From NCBI GenBank assembly GCA_003552365.1, contig PUKR01000099.1, positions 1 through 51,349 of the forward strand: a stretch of 51,349 bases of DNA, given 5' to 3'. The position numbers and the translations under genes are program-made. The notes below the pieces were generated by a model. That model did no database searches, had not been told where the DNA came from, and saw nothing but the letters and a program-made list of their open reading frames with translations. The stretch comes from Syntrophomonadaceae bacterium. Its GTDB lineage: Bacteria; Bacillota; Dethiobacteria; DTU022. This document shows positions 26,997 through 35,995 of this stretch, in pieces (the stretch's first letter is position 1; each line of letters starts with the position of its first letter).

Positions 26997-27418
26997 TAAG
27001 CCTCTCTTCCCGTTTCAGATCCATCATGATCCTCATCATCTTCAACCAGCGAGGTAATGCGTAATCCAAAACGGTCGTTAATTACAACAATTTCCCCGTG
27101 CGCAAAAGGAGTTTCATTAACTAAAATAAGCACTTTTTCATCGGCCACCCGGTTCAACTGGAGCACTGAGCCTTCTTCCAGGTTGATCAAATCTCGAACC
27201 TTCAGGGTTACTTTTCCCAGCTCGGCACTAACGTTTAAACCAACCCCGTGAAACTCCGGGGCAATGCCCCTCCTGGGCGAAACCGGAGCGCTATCGGGCA
27301 GGGGTTGAAATACCACCTTCTTGATATCAGGTTTCCCCTGATCTTCTTGATTATCCCCCCAGCTATCGTCTTCACCGGTGAAAGGTTTTTGTTCATCCCA
27401 AAAACTGCCAGACATCAT
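26996..27418 (-). CDS. fliN: flagellar motor switch protein FliN (SpoA domain)
   Basis: 140-aa ORF with SD AAGGAG. It has an acidic N-terminus followed by LNVSAELGKVTLKVRDLINLEEGSVLQLNRVADEKVLILVNETPFAHGEIVVINDRFGLRITSL. Confidence 0.85.
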   Translation of the reverse strand: MMSGSFWDEQKPFTGEDDSWGDNQEDQGKPDIKKVVFQPLPDSAPVSPRRGIAPEFHGVGLNVSAELGKVTLKVRDLINLEEGSVLQLNRVADEKVLILVNETPFAHGEIVVINDRFGLRITSLVEDDEDHDGSETGREA

Positions 27419-27432
27419 AAAACTCCTTTAGC

Positions 27433-27939
27433 TTATTGAAAAATAAATTCTTTATAGTAGACGGCCTTGACTTCTCCTGATTCAAGCTTTTCGTTTAATC
27501 GATCGATAATCTCACCTTCAAGGGTGTCCATCCCGCCGGGTTCTTCCAGGTCCTCGATATATTTACTGCGCAGGATTGAGATGATTTCCGATCGCAATTC
27601 CGGTTCACGGCTTTCAATTTCCCTGGAAAGGCCCCGATCATCATAAGCCAGATCAAACGTGGTTCTTAAAAAGCGCCGGGTCCCTGTATCGGCCAGGTTA
27701 ACCTGGAATTCCGCCATCGAATAGCTGTAGCGCGGAGGCCCTTCATCTTCAGCCCCAAGGGTTATTTCGTCACCGAAAAATGGAAGTTCGCCGCTGATAA
27801 AGTAAAATGCCGCCCCTCCGCCGATAATCATTGCCGGGATCAGGATCAGGATTATTTTTAGCAGCGGGCTCCTTTTTTTTGCTTTCTTCCCCTTTTTTTC
27901 AGGTTCGGATTTTTTTTCTTCTTCTAATTTTGCCACCAC
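27433..27939 (-). CDS. fliL: flagellar basal-body-associated protein FliL
   Basis: 168-aa ORF, GTG start 9 nt after GGGAGG. It has a Lys-rich N-terminus, one TM helix and FQVNLAD...RFLRTTFDL...EIISIL. Confidence 0.85.
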   Translation of the reverse strand: MVAKLEEEKKSEPEKKGKKAKKRSPLLKIILILIPAMIIGGGAAFYFISGELPFFGDEITLGAEDEGPPRYSYSMAEFQVNLADTGTRRFLRTTFDLAYDDRGLSREIESREPELRSEIISILRSKYIEDLEEPGGMDTLEGEIIDRLNEKLESGEVKAVYYKEFIFQ

Positions 27940-27958
27940 CTGAAATTACCTCCCGTTT

Positions 27959-28750
27959 CTAATAAGCTTCACGTCGCTCGCCCGGTTCAAGGACCGTCAA
28001 CACAATTGTTACCCGGCGGTTCCTGGCCCGTCCTTCCGCAGTTTCATTGGATTCAAGGGGCTGGTATTCACCGTAACCGGTTGCCGTTAAAAGCTCGGGA
28101 TTAACATCCTGCTCTTCGGCAAGGTACCTGGTTACCCGCACTGCCCTAATTACTGAGAGTTCCCAGTTCGTCGGAAATTCGGGTACATTCATGGGCAGGT
28201 TACAGGTATGACCTTCAATTATTACGCCCCGTTCCAGGCGGCGGAACAGTTCCGCAAATTTATCTAAAAATTCCCTTGCTTCGGGAATCAAATCCGCACG
28301 AGCCCTTTCAAAAAAGATATAGTCCGGCAATTCCATTACTACACCTCGTTCATCGAGCCCCAGTTCAACCTCTGCTTCAAGGCCCATCTCTTCCAGGAAA
28401 GCCCTTACTTCTTCTTTTACCTCTTCTGCTTCTTCCAGCTGTTCCCTTAAATCAGCTTCGGCGAAAACCCCGTCTTCATGAGTAAGGGCTTCTCCGGTAG
28501 GTTCAAAAGGATCTTCGGTTTGATCCATAATCCCGGTATCACCCAGGAAAGAAGTCTGGATAGAAATGATTACAGTTTGAAAACGTTCAATATCAATAAC
28601 CGACATTGAATAAAGCAGGATAAAAAAGGTTAGCAGGAGAGTGATCATGTCAGAATAAGTCTGCATCCAGGGAGCACTGCCCTGGTCATCCCTGTTTTTT
28701 TTCCTGCGCTGGCGCGGATTGTCAGGGCGTGCATTATTAGGACTAGACAT
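27959..28750 (-). CDS. motB: flagellar stator protein MotB (OmpA-like C-terminal domain)
   Basis: 263-aa ORF. The APWMQTYSDMITLLLTFFILL plug/TM region contains the conserved Asp. The C-terminal OmpA-like part reads IEGHTCN...NWELSVIRA..V.RYL...GYGEYQPL...NRRVTI. Confidence 0.9.
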   Translation of the reverse strand: MSSPNNARPDNPRQRRKKNRDDQGSAPWMQTYSDMITLLLTFFILLYSMSVIDIERFQTVIISIQTSFLGDTGIMDQTEDPFEPTGEALTHEDGVFAEADLREQLEEAEEVKEEVRAFLEEMGLEAEVELGLDERGVVMELPDYIFFERARADLIPEAREFLDKFAELFRRLERGVIIEGHTCNLPMNVPEFPTNWELSVIRAVRVTRYLAEEQDVNPELLTATGYGEYQPLESNETAEGRARNRRVTIVLTVLEPGERREAY

Positions 28751-29564
28751 CGATCAGCTCATCCTCCTCTTCCTCTGAACGCTTATTGGCTTCTTCAAGT
28801 AATTTCTTCTCCTGCGGGGAGAAGTACGATTTAATTTGTTCCTGCAGCAAACGCGGGTTTATTCCGCTCTGCAGGGCCAAAAGCGCCTCAAGGATGATTT
28901 CTTTCATGCGTACTTCTTCATCACTGTAGATGGCCAGCTTACCGGCAATGGGATTAAAAATCAGGTTGGCCAGCAAAACTCCGTAAAAAGTGGTCAGCAG
29001 GGCTACGGCCATACCCGGGCCGATAGCGCTGGGATCGTCCAGCTCGGCAAGCATCATCACCAGGCCAATCAGGGTTCCAATCATGCCAAAAGCAGGGGAT
29101 AACGAACCCCAGGTCCGAAACAGGTTCTGCCCCAGCTCATGGCGCGCTTCCAGGGAAGAAAGTTCGGCATTTAAGATGTTACGAATATTATCCGGTTCAA
29201 AACCATCAATTACCATCTGTAAACCGTTGCGGAAAAATGGATCCTTTATTTCATCAAGCTCATCTTCCAAAACGAGCAACCCTTCCCGACGTGCTTTCTG
29301 GGCCAGGGTAACAAAGCGGGCATGAAGGTCGAGCACCGATTCCTCTTCCCGGATAAAAACTTTCCGGGTTACCTGTAAAACTGTTTTCATTTCAGCCATG
29401 CGGAAATTGACCATTAAAGCGCCCAGGGAACCACCGACAGTAATCATCAACCCGGCCGGGTTCCAAAAAGCATTAAGGTCACCGCCCTGGATTATAATCC
29501 CGGCAACCACCAGGCTTCCGCCAAACAGGGCACCGCCAGCTGATAAAATGTCATAGCTTCTCAT
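28743..29564 (-). CDS. motA: flagellar stator protein MotA
   Basis: MotA/TolQ/ExbB-type protein with 4 TM segments (LSPAFGMIGTLIGLV...MAVALLTTFYGVLLANLIF). The second ATG at 29564 sits 6 nt after GGAGAG. The first ATG at 29570 abuts the SD. Confidence 0.9.
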   Translation of the reverse strand: MRSYDILSAGGALFGGSLVVAGIIIQGGDLNAFWNPAGLMITVGGSLGALMVNFRMAEMKTVLQVTRKVFIREEESVLDLHARFVTLAQKARREGLLVLEDELDEIKDPFFRNGLQMVIDGFEPDNIRNILNAELSSLEARHELGQNLFRTWGSLSPAFGMIGTLIGLVMMLAELDDPSAIGPGMAVALLTTFYGVLLANLIFNPIAGKLAIYSDEEVRMKEIILEALLALQSGINPRLLQEQIKSYFSPQEKKLLEEANKRSEEEEDELIDV

Positions 29565-29592
29565 AAGCATCTCTCCGCTATTTAAGCCGGTT

Positions 29593-29624
29593 AACCGGCC
29601 GGAAGGAAATCCTTCCGGCCGGTT
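29593..29624 (-). other. GC-rich perfect hairpin between flgE and motA (14-15 bp stem, no U-tract)
   Basis: AACCGGCCGGAAGGA-a-a-TCCTTCCGGCCGGTT, read directly from the sequence. It lies 12 nt after the flgE stop and overlaps the palindrome GCCGGTTAACCGGC at 29586-29599. Confidence 0.7.
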
Positions 29625-29635
29625 CCGGGCAAAAA

Positions 29636-31585
29636 TTACCGTTTCATATTAACCACTTCGGTAAGCACTTCATCCGAGGTGGTTACCACCCGGGTGTTGG
29701 CCTGGAAGGCCCGGCTGGTCGTGATCAGCTCAGTAAATTCGTACGAAAGGTCTGTGTTGGACAGCTCGAGCGCCGAGGACTGGACCAGCCCGCGGCCCCC
29801 TTCCCCGGGAGCGCCAATCTGCGGGTCACCGGAGTTATCCGTATCCAGGAAAAGGTTGCCCCCTTCCTTGCGCAGGCCTTCCGGGTTGGAGAATGTGGCC
29901 ATCCCAAGCTGGCCGAACTCCTGCCGCATTCCGTTGGTGTAGGTGCCGGCCACCACGCCGGCCCGGTCAATGTCAAATGCCGCCAGTTCGCCGGCTTCAT
30001 AACCGTCCTGGTCGCGGACCAGGAGGTTGTTGGACCCGGCCAGCTGGGTAACGGAACTAAAATCAGGTTCAACATCGACCACTGCAGCTTCTCCCGGCGG
30101 GTCAAAGACCAGGTTCGGCATATCGGAAGCGTCCTCGTTTAACCCCCCGTTTTCATCAAATACCAGGGTCCCTTCAGCGCCTTCGTCTACTTCAATAAGG
30201 TTACCTGCTTCATCGGTTACCTCCATCCGGTATTCCCACACGTTGTCGTCAACCGGCCTGAAGTTATAATCGATGTCGTAGCGCCGGCCGAGAGAGTCGT
30301 GCACATAGTAGGGGAAGGTGTGCTCATCGACTTCACCGGTGGTTTCGCTCCATTCTCCCTCTTCTCCGAAAAGGGCCTGGAAAGTTTCGTTTTCTTCAGC
30401 ATCTATTAATTCCACCGACGATTCCGGCCCCCGTGAATCGGAGTTGATCACCAGGTGATCGCCGTCGAATTCAGCGGTGGCGCCAACGTCTTCCAGTTGT
30501 TCATTTAGCGCATCCTGGAGCTCTTGGCGGGTAGTTATATCCTGCATATTGTCCACTGTAATTTCTACAGGATCGCCACCGTCGACAGTAACCTCGAATT
30601 CGAGATCTTCATCGAGCTCCACCAGGGTTTCCACATCATCTCCTGCACGAACAACATGATCATCTTCGGCGCCAAACAAAGCTTCGATATCATCATCGTC
30701 GCCATCAACTTCAACCACGGAACCTTCACCTTCAGATAAAGAAGTGATCACCAGGTGATTATCATCGTTGAAAGAGGCAACCGCCCCTAATTCCTCCAGG
30801 CCATCCCAGTCAGCAATATCTACAGTTTCACCTTCCTCATCGGTAAACTCACCATAATTAAGTGCGGCAAGAAGCTGTTCCTGTCTCTCGATAGCACCCA
30901 TATCTGCAGCGGTTATTACCATCTCCTGTTCTTCACCGTTAATTGTAAAAGTAACCACTAAATCATCTTCCAAGCCTTCAATGGCTTGATTGTCAAGTTC
31001 TTCAGCTCCCCGGAGAAAGCCATTCCCAACCTCGGCCAGCTCTGCCGCACCGATTGCCCGGCCCGGGGTGGCCTCAGTAAAGGCCCGGGCATCAAGGTTG
31101 CCGGCAAAGCGCTTGTTTTCCGTAGCCTGGGCGACCATGTCGTCGTCGACGGGGATGTTGATTTCATTGCCGTCGACATCGAGCAGCCTGAGGCCGTTAT
31201 CGTTGACAATATGGCCGTTCTGATCAACACCGAAGGATCCGTCCCGGGTAAAATACTCCATTTCCCCGTCGGTCACGACAAAATAGCCTTCGCCTTCAAT
31301 GGCCAGGTCGGTCTCACGGTCCGTATCGGTAATTGATCCCTGGGTGTGAATGTCGGTGATTGAGGAAACGGCCATCCCCAAACCTACCTGGGAGGGATTA
31401 ATGCCGCCCCGTTCTTCCATCGGGCCGGTTGCACCCTGGATGGTCTGGCTGATCAGGTCCTCAAAACGGGCCTGTGATTTTTTAAAACCGGTTGTATTGA
31501 CGTTGGCAATGTTGTTGCCAACCACATCAAGTTTTTGCTGGTGGCCTCTTAAGCCGGTAACAGCTGCACTCATTGAACGAATCAT
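29636..31585 (-). CDS. flgE: flagellar hook protein FlgE with large acidic insert containing two flagellin-IN-like repeats
   Basis: 649-aa ORF with SD AAAGGAGG. It has the N-terminal rod/hook motif (LDVVGNNIANVNTTGFKK), an FFVV...DGS.YFTRDGSF segment and C-terminal LELSNTDLSYEFTELITTSRAFQAN. The central part (aa about 165-415) is very rich in D and E. Confidence 0.95.
   Translation of the reverse strand: MIRSMSAAVTGLRGHQQKLDVVGNNIANVNTTGFKKSQARFEDLISQTIQGATGPMEERGGINPSQVGLGMAVSSITDIHTQGSITDTDRETDLAIEGEGYFVVTDGEMEYFTRDGSFGVDQNGHIVNDNGLRLLDVDGNEINIPVDDDMVAQATENKRFAGNLDARAFTEATPGRAIGAAELAEVGNGFLRGAEELDNQAIEGLEDDLVVTFTINGEEQEMVITAADMGAIERQEQLLAALNYGEFTDEEGETVDIADWDGLEELGAVASFNDDNHLVITSLSEGEGSVVEVDGDDDDIEALFGAEDDHVVRAGDDVETLVELDEDLEFEVTVDGGDPVEITVDNMQDITTRQELQDALNEQLEDVGATAEFDGDHLVINSDSRGPESSVELIDAEENETFQALFGEEGEWSETTGEVDEHTFPYYVHDSLGRRYDIDYNFRPVDDNVWEYRMEVTDEAGNLIEVDEGAEGTLVFDENGGLNEDASDMPNLVFDPPGEAAVVDVEPDFSSVTQLAGSNNLLVRDQDGYEAGELAAFDIDRAGVVAGTYTNGMRQEFGQLGMATFSNPEGLRKEGGNLFLDTDNSGDPQIGAPGEGGRGLVQSSALELSNTDLSYEFTELITTSRAFQANTRVVTTSDEVLTEVVNMKR
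30365..30604 (-). repeat. FlgE insert repeat b (aa about 328-407; LEFEVTVDGGDPVEITVDNMQDITTRQELQDALNEQLEDVGATAEFDGDHLVINSDSRGPESSVELIDAEENETFQALFG)
   Basis: See repeat a. The I.V......L..A.N......G..A.....LVI.S pattern resembles the flagellin hook IN motif. Confidence 0.55.
30671..30961 (-). repeat. FlgE insert repeat a (aa about 209-305; ...VVTFTINGEEQEMVITAADMG...ASFNDDNHLVITSLSEGEGSVVEVDGDDDDIEALFG)
   Basis: Matched to repeat b by eye. The shared nucleotide motif GATCACCAGGTGAT occurs at about 30445 and about 30745. Confidence 0.55.
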
Positions 31586-31692
31586 TAAAAATAACCTCCT
31601 TTTGGCCTTTTAAGCCTTATTTTAAGCGGCGCGGCGTCCTGCCTCGGTCGGTCAGCAGGACAAGGCTTCCTCTAATTCAGGAGGTCCGGCCT

Positions 31693-32091
31693 TCACTTTA
31701 AAATAACCGCGCTGTCAATTCCGGTAAACACTTGATCCTGATCTTCTTTCCCGTCCACGGCGGTGATGATGGTCCGGTTGGTAACACTGGCCAACAGGGC
31801 TACATCGCCGTACATGAGCAGGGAGGAACGTCCGCCTTTTTCCTGCACTTTATCCATGGCCTGTTCTATCCGCTGCATATCCTCTGCCCCAAGATCGATC
31901 TGGCGGCTTTCAATCCGCTCTTTGGCGTGGGCGGAAAAAACAACTTCCTGCTTTTCCTGGAGATGGTCCAGGATTTGATGGAAAGATAAGTTTTCACCGT
32001 CTTTCCTGGTTGCTTCCTTGCCCGCTTTCCCGGGTTGCGGTTTGGCAGCCGGGTCAGTGGGTTTGATATGCGGTCCGGTTTTATCAACCAT
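31693..32091 (-). CDS. small flagellar operon protein (TIGR02530-type, usually found between flgD and flgE in Firmicutes)
   Basis: FSAHAKERIESRQIDLGAEDMQRIEQAMDKVQEKGGRSSLLMYGDVALLASVTNRTIITAV, plus its position between flgD and flgE. I set the start at ATG 32089-32091, after GGGGGCGGAAG. The ORF-track TTG at 32112 is less likely. Confidence 0.7.
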   Translation of the reverse strand: MVDKTGPHIKPTDPAAKPQPGKAGKEATRKDGENLSFHQILDHLQEKQEVVFSAHAKERIESRQIDLGAEDMQRIEQAMDKVQEKGGRSSLLMYGDVALLASVTNRTIITAVDGKEDQDQVFTGIDSAVILK

Positions 32092-32572
32092 CTTCGCTTC
32101 CGCCCCCTTCAACTTTCACGATATCGCTGAGCGGGTACTGATGCTCGCCCACAGTAAGGTAGGGTCCGGAACTACGAAATTCAACTGCGCTAACTATCCC
32201 GTGGACATTCTCCCCTTCACCTTTGCCCGATATTTCTACCTGACGGTTCAACAAGTTAAGGGCCTGGTGGTTACCCTGGGATTCAGCCTGTTCTTCCACT
32301 ACTTCCTGCAAGTTGTTTACCTGTTCAACCAGGGTAAACATAGTCAGCTGGGTAATCATATCACCGGTGTCCTGCTGTTCAGACATGGGATCCTGGTAGC
32401 GCAGCTGGGTAACCAGGAGCTGCAGGAATAAATCGCTGTCAAACTCCTGCCCGGGCATCTGCCCCGCCGGAGATTCTTCCCTGGGAGCCGGTGCCGGACC
32501 CGTTTCCGGCGTCTGTTCGGCAGCCTGGTTTTGTGCCGGTACTGCCTGGTTGACACCTGTTATTTCATTCAT
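32084..32572 (-). CDS. flgD: flagellar hook assembly/capping protein FlgD
   Basis: 162-aa ORF with SD AAAGGAGG. It has the conserved LFLQLLVTQLRYQDPM motif. Confidence 0.9.
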   Translation of the reverse strand: MNEITGVNQAVPAQNQAAEQTPETGPAPAPREESPAGQMPGQEFDSDLFLQLLVTQLRYQDPMSEQQDTGDMITQLTMFTLVEQVNNLQEVVEEQAESQGNHQALNLLNRQVEISGKGEGENVHGIVSAVEFRSSGPYLTVGEHQYPLSDIVKVEGGGSEDG

Positions 32573-32587
32573 CTTGCCATGCCTCCT

Positions 32588-34168
32588 TTAGGCCCAGTAT
32601 TCAATTCCCCTGTGGTTTACAGCCTTTGCTGATAACCCGGGCTCACCCGGTTCATTTTCACCGGAAGGGGAATCTGAGTTTCCAGGCTGCCCTCCGGCTA
32701 AGTTTTCCCGGTTTGGATCCCCTGCCCCAGAACGACCCGATCCATTAAACTGCTGGCCCTGGGTTGAAACTTCCAATTGTTCAAGCTGGACGTTTACAAG
32801 ACTCAACCTCTGCCTCAGCTCCGCAATGCTGCCCTCCAGGATTTCCCTGACCATGGGCGACTCTGTTAAAATGGACGCTGAAAGCTGTCCTTGCCTGGAA
32901 AAAACCCGGATCGTCAATTCGCCCAGTTCCGGTGGGTGTAAAGTCATGCGCATTTCCGCCGGAGAAGACCCGGTTTCACGGAAATAGGTCAGCTTTCCTT
33001 CAAGCTGCTGCATGATATTTTCACGCAGCGCTTGTAATTGCGGAGGGAGTCCGCTGCCGGGTTGAAGACTTTCCTTGCCGAACACTGCTGCCTGCTGGAA
33101 TATCCCATCCTGGCCGGCAACAGGCGGAACAGCTTTATGGAATTTGCCCGCTTTGCCTTGCTGTTCGTCGGTTTTTACTACATTTTCTGCTTTTGCCTGC
33201 ATCCGAGCCGACTCCAGGGCTTTCTGGACTTCCGGGTCCACCTTGAAGCTTTCAGCAGTTTTTTTGATTGAAGCCGGTTTATCAGAGTTGCCCGATCTTA
33301 AACCTGCTTTTTCCAGGGCTTCTTCCATTGAGGAAGTTTTACCGGCTTTCTTTGGTGGATCTGTTCCCTCCAGGGCAGCCTTTGCCTTTTCCTTCAAGAA
33401 GCCTTCTTCATCCAGGAAACCCGCTTCTTTAAGGGCTTTTTTTAGTTCAGGAGTTATCTCTGCTTCTCCTTCCAGGTTCAGCCCGCCGGCAATTTTCAGA
33501 AGTACGGCTTCACCTCCTGCATTCCCGGTTAATGCCGACCAGTTAACCTTCTTAAACCCCTTAGAACCTGTTTCAACTTCACTACCATCGCTGTTACCTA
33601 ACAGCGCATACAGGATTTTTTCTGCCAGGCTCTGTAAATTAAACCCTGCTTCATTTTCTTCCGCACTCTCAACACCGTAACCTTGCTTTAAATAGTCCTG
33701 CTCTGTTTTTAAAAGTTCTTTAAGGGTTTCTTTTAGACTACCGGTCAACTGATTGTCAGCCTTATCCAGAATTTTGCCGCTCAGTTCAAACAACCCCATT
33801 TTACCTGCTTGATCACCGGTCAAAGCATTTAAAGGGATTCCACTTTTCTCATTTTCCTGCATTAATGCTTCAATTAAGTTTTCCGCTATTTTCTGCAGGA
33901 GCACTTCCGCTTTCATATCTTCAGCTTTTGCCAGCTCTTCTTCCAGAGCTTCGCTGCCGAAAAGACTGTCCTCATTACCACTTAATTCATTCAAGCGGGC
34001 AAATAAAGCGCTGCAGTCTATTTCTTCCTTTGTGACACCAGCATCCTTCACAGTAGCGGCATCCTTCAGGAAAACGGCAAATTCACCTTCGGTTGAGCCA
34101 TTTCCCAAAACAGCACTTTCCTTTAAACTAATATTGAGCTGTTCCAGGAAAGCTGCATCTACCTTCAA
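32588..34168 (-). CDS. fliK: flagellar hook-length control protein FliK
   Basis: It has a long low-complexity E/K/A-rich region and a C-terminal Flg_hook domain (MRMTLHPPELGELTIRVFSRQGQLSASILTESPMVREILEGSIAELRQRL). I set the start at TTG 34166-34168, 5 nt after AAGGAGGTGA. The ORF-track start at 34213 lies inside fliJ. Confidence 0.85.
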   Translation of the reverse strand: MKVDAAFLEQLNISLKESAVLGNGSTEGEFAVFLKDAATVKDAGVTKEEIDCSALFARLNELSGNEDSLFGSEALEEELAKAEDMKAEVLLQKIAENLIEALMQENEKSGIPLNALTGDQAGKMGLFELSGKILDKADNQLTGSLKETLKELLKTEQDYLKQGYGVESAEENEAGFNLQSLAEKILYALLGNSDGSEVETGSKGFKKVNWSALTGNAGGEAVLLKIAGGLNLEGEAEITPELKKALKEAGFLDEEGFLKEKAKAALEGTDPPKKAGKTSSMEEALEKAGLRSGNSDKPASIKKTAESFKVDPEVQKALESARMQAKAENVVKTDEQQGKAGKFHKAVPPVAGQDGIFQQAAVFGKESLQPGSGLPPQLQALRENIMQQLEGKLTYFRETGSSPAEMRMTLHPPELGELTIRVFSRQGQLSASILTESPMVREILEGSIAELRQRLSLVNVQLEQLEVSTQGQQFNGSGRSGAGDPNRENLAGGQPGNSDSPSGENEPGEPGLSAKAVNHRGIEYWA

Positions 34169-34169
34169 T

Positions 34170-34619
34170 TTAATCACCTCCTTTCCGGTTGTAAGTATTG
34201 AGCACCATTTCATCTATCAACTTTTGCTCGTTAATTTTTTCCTGGTAGCAATGTTCGTCTTTAGCTTTTTCTTTTAAGATCTCCAGCACTTTTTTCTTGC
34301 GCCAGCACTGCATGGCAATTTCTCTTTGCTCCTCAACCTGTGACTTCTTCTTGTTATATTGCTCTGCCTGGCGCATAAGCAGGTAATCTAAACGGCTGCT
34401 GTACTCCTGGGTTACCTGTAAATAGGGCAGCTCAATTTCTCTTTCTACCTGGTTCTGCCATTTTTCAAAGAGCGATTCTTCTTCCTTTTTCAGGCCGCTT
34501 AATTTGGCATTTTCCTCTTCCAGGGCTTTCCGGCGCAGGGTTAACTCTTTTTTAGCTTCCTCTTCCTGGATATTTCGAAATCCCAGGAGACGCTGCAACC
34601 TGAAATTAAATGACTTCAT
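34170..34619 (-). CDS. fliJ: flagellar export chaperone/stalk protein FliJ
   Basis: 149-aa, highly charged coiled-coil protein (FRLQRLLGFRNIQEEEAKKEL...) sitting between fliI and fliK. Confidence 0.8.
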   Translation of the reverse strand: MKSFNFRLQRLLGFRNIQEEEAKKELTLRRKALEEENAKLSGLKKEEESLFEKWQNQVEREIELPYLQVTQEYSSRLDYLLMRQAEQYNKKKSQVEEQREIAMQCWRKKKVLEILKEKAKDEHCYQEKINEQKLIDEMVLNTYNRKGGD

Positions 34620-34669
34620 TTCTGCCGCCCCTTTCAGCGATTAAACGGACTAAAAATACAGCTAACCCA

Positions 34670-35995
34670 CTACCTTACAATTTTTTCTATTTTTTTCAAG
34701 GTTTCCTTTAATTCAAAACGCTCGGAAGGTTCCTGGCGTAAAAAATTCATTAACTCCGGTCGTTTTTGTATTGCCCGGTCCACTTCCGGCTGTGAACCGG
34801 GAACATAAGCACCGATATTAATTAGATCTTCCATCGATTCATATTTTGAAAGTAATTTGCGTGATTCAGCCGCAACTTCCTTATGATTTTCCTCTACCAG
34901 GTTAAGCATGAGCCGGCTGTTGCTATTCAAAACATCGGCTGCAGGAAAATGGTTTTGAGAAGCCAGTTTGCGGCTTAAAACGATATGCCCGTCAAGAACG
35001 CTGCGAACCGCATCGGTAATCGGTTCGGTAAAGTCATCTCCATCTACCAGCACCGTGTAAAAACCGGTTATACTGCCCCTGCTTGAAGTCCCCGATCGTT
35101 CCAAAAAGCGGGGAATCAGGGCAAAAACCGAAGGGGTATACCCTTTTGTGGAAGGTGGTTCACCAACAGCCAGGCCAATTTCTCTCTGGGCCATACAAAA
35201 CCTGGTTACAGAATCCATCATGAAAATTACTTTCTTGCCCAGGTCCCGAAAATATTCAGCGATAGTAGCCGCAACCAGCCCGCCCATAACTCTTTCCAGG
35301 GCCGGGCGGTCAGAGGTAGATACCACAACCACTGATCTTTTAAGGCCCTCTTCCCCGAGATCCTGGCGAATAAAATCCCCCACTTCGCGTCCGCGCTCTC
35401 CAATCAGGGCGATTACATTGACATCAGACTCGCTGTGACGGGCAATCATCCCCAGTAAAGTGCTTTTACCAACCCCGCTTCCCGAAAAAATACCCACTCT
35501 CTGGCCCTCGCCGCAGGTCAGCATACCGTCGATAGCTTTAACCCCGGTAGGCAAAATAGAGTCGATGGGCCGTCTTTCCATCGGGTTCGGCGGACGGTTA
35601 TTCACCGGATATTCTTTCCCTTCATCATCTTTTAAGGGCGGCAAGCCGCTTTCTAAAAGATAACCCAGCCCGTCAAGCACCTTTCCTTTTAATTTTTCAT
35701 TTACTCTAACTGAAAAGCTTTTTCCGGTTGGCTCCACTACACAGCCGGGAGAGATTCCCTGCAGGTTGCCCAGTGGCATCAAAAGAGCGCATTTTTCCCG
35801 GAACCCGACTACTTCGGCGACAAATATTTCGCCGGTGGTTGATTTGATGTTGCATATTTCCCCAATAAAAGGGCGGATACCGCTTACTTCAATAACCAGG
35901 CCGATTACCTGGCGGACCTTACCTTTTACCCGCCCGCCGGGCATTGCCGTTAAAGATGAGAAATATTTGCCATTACTTGCTTCAGTGCTTGTCAT
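34670..35995 (-). CDS. fliI: flagellum-specific ATPase FliI
   Basis: It has Walker A GSGVGKST, Walker B VIFMMDSVTR and an F1/T3SS ATPase-like sequence throughout. I set the start at ATG 35993-35995, which overlaps the fliH stop by 14 nt. Confidence 0.95.
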   Translation of the reverse strand: MTSTEASNGKYFSSLTAMPGGRVKGKVRQVIGLVIEVSGIRPFIGEICNIKSTTGEIFVAEVVGFREKCALLMPLGNLQGISPGCVVEPTGKSFSVRVNEKLKGKVLDGLGYLLESGLPPLKDDEGKEYPVNNRPPNPMERRPIDSILPTGVKAIDGMLTCGEGQRVGIFSGSGVGKSTLLGMIARHSESDVNVIALIGERGREVGDFIRQDLGEEGLKRSVVVVSTSDRPALERVMGGLVAATIAEYFRDLGKKVIFMMDSVTRFCMAQREIGLAVGEPPSTKGYTPSVFALIPRFLERSGTSSRGSITGFYTVLVDGDDFTEPITDAVRSVLDGHIVLSRKLASQNHFPAADVLNSNSRLMLNLVEENHKEVAAESRKLLSKYESMEDLINIGAYVPGSQPEVDRAIQKRPELMNFLRQEPSERFELKETLKKIEKIVR

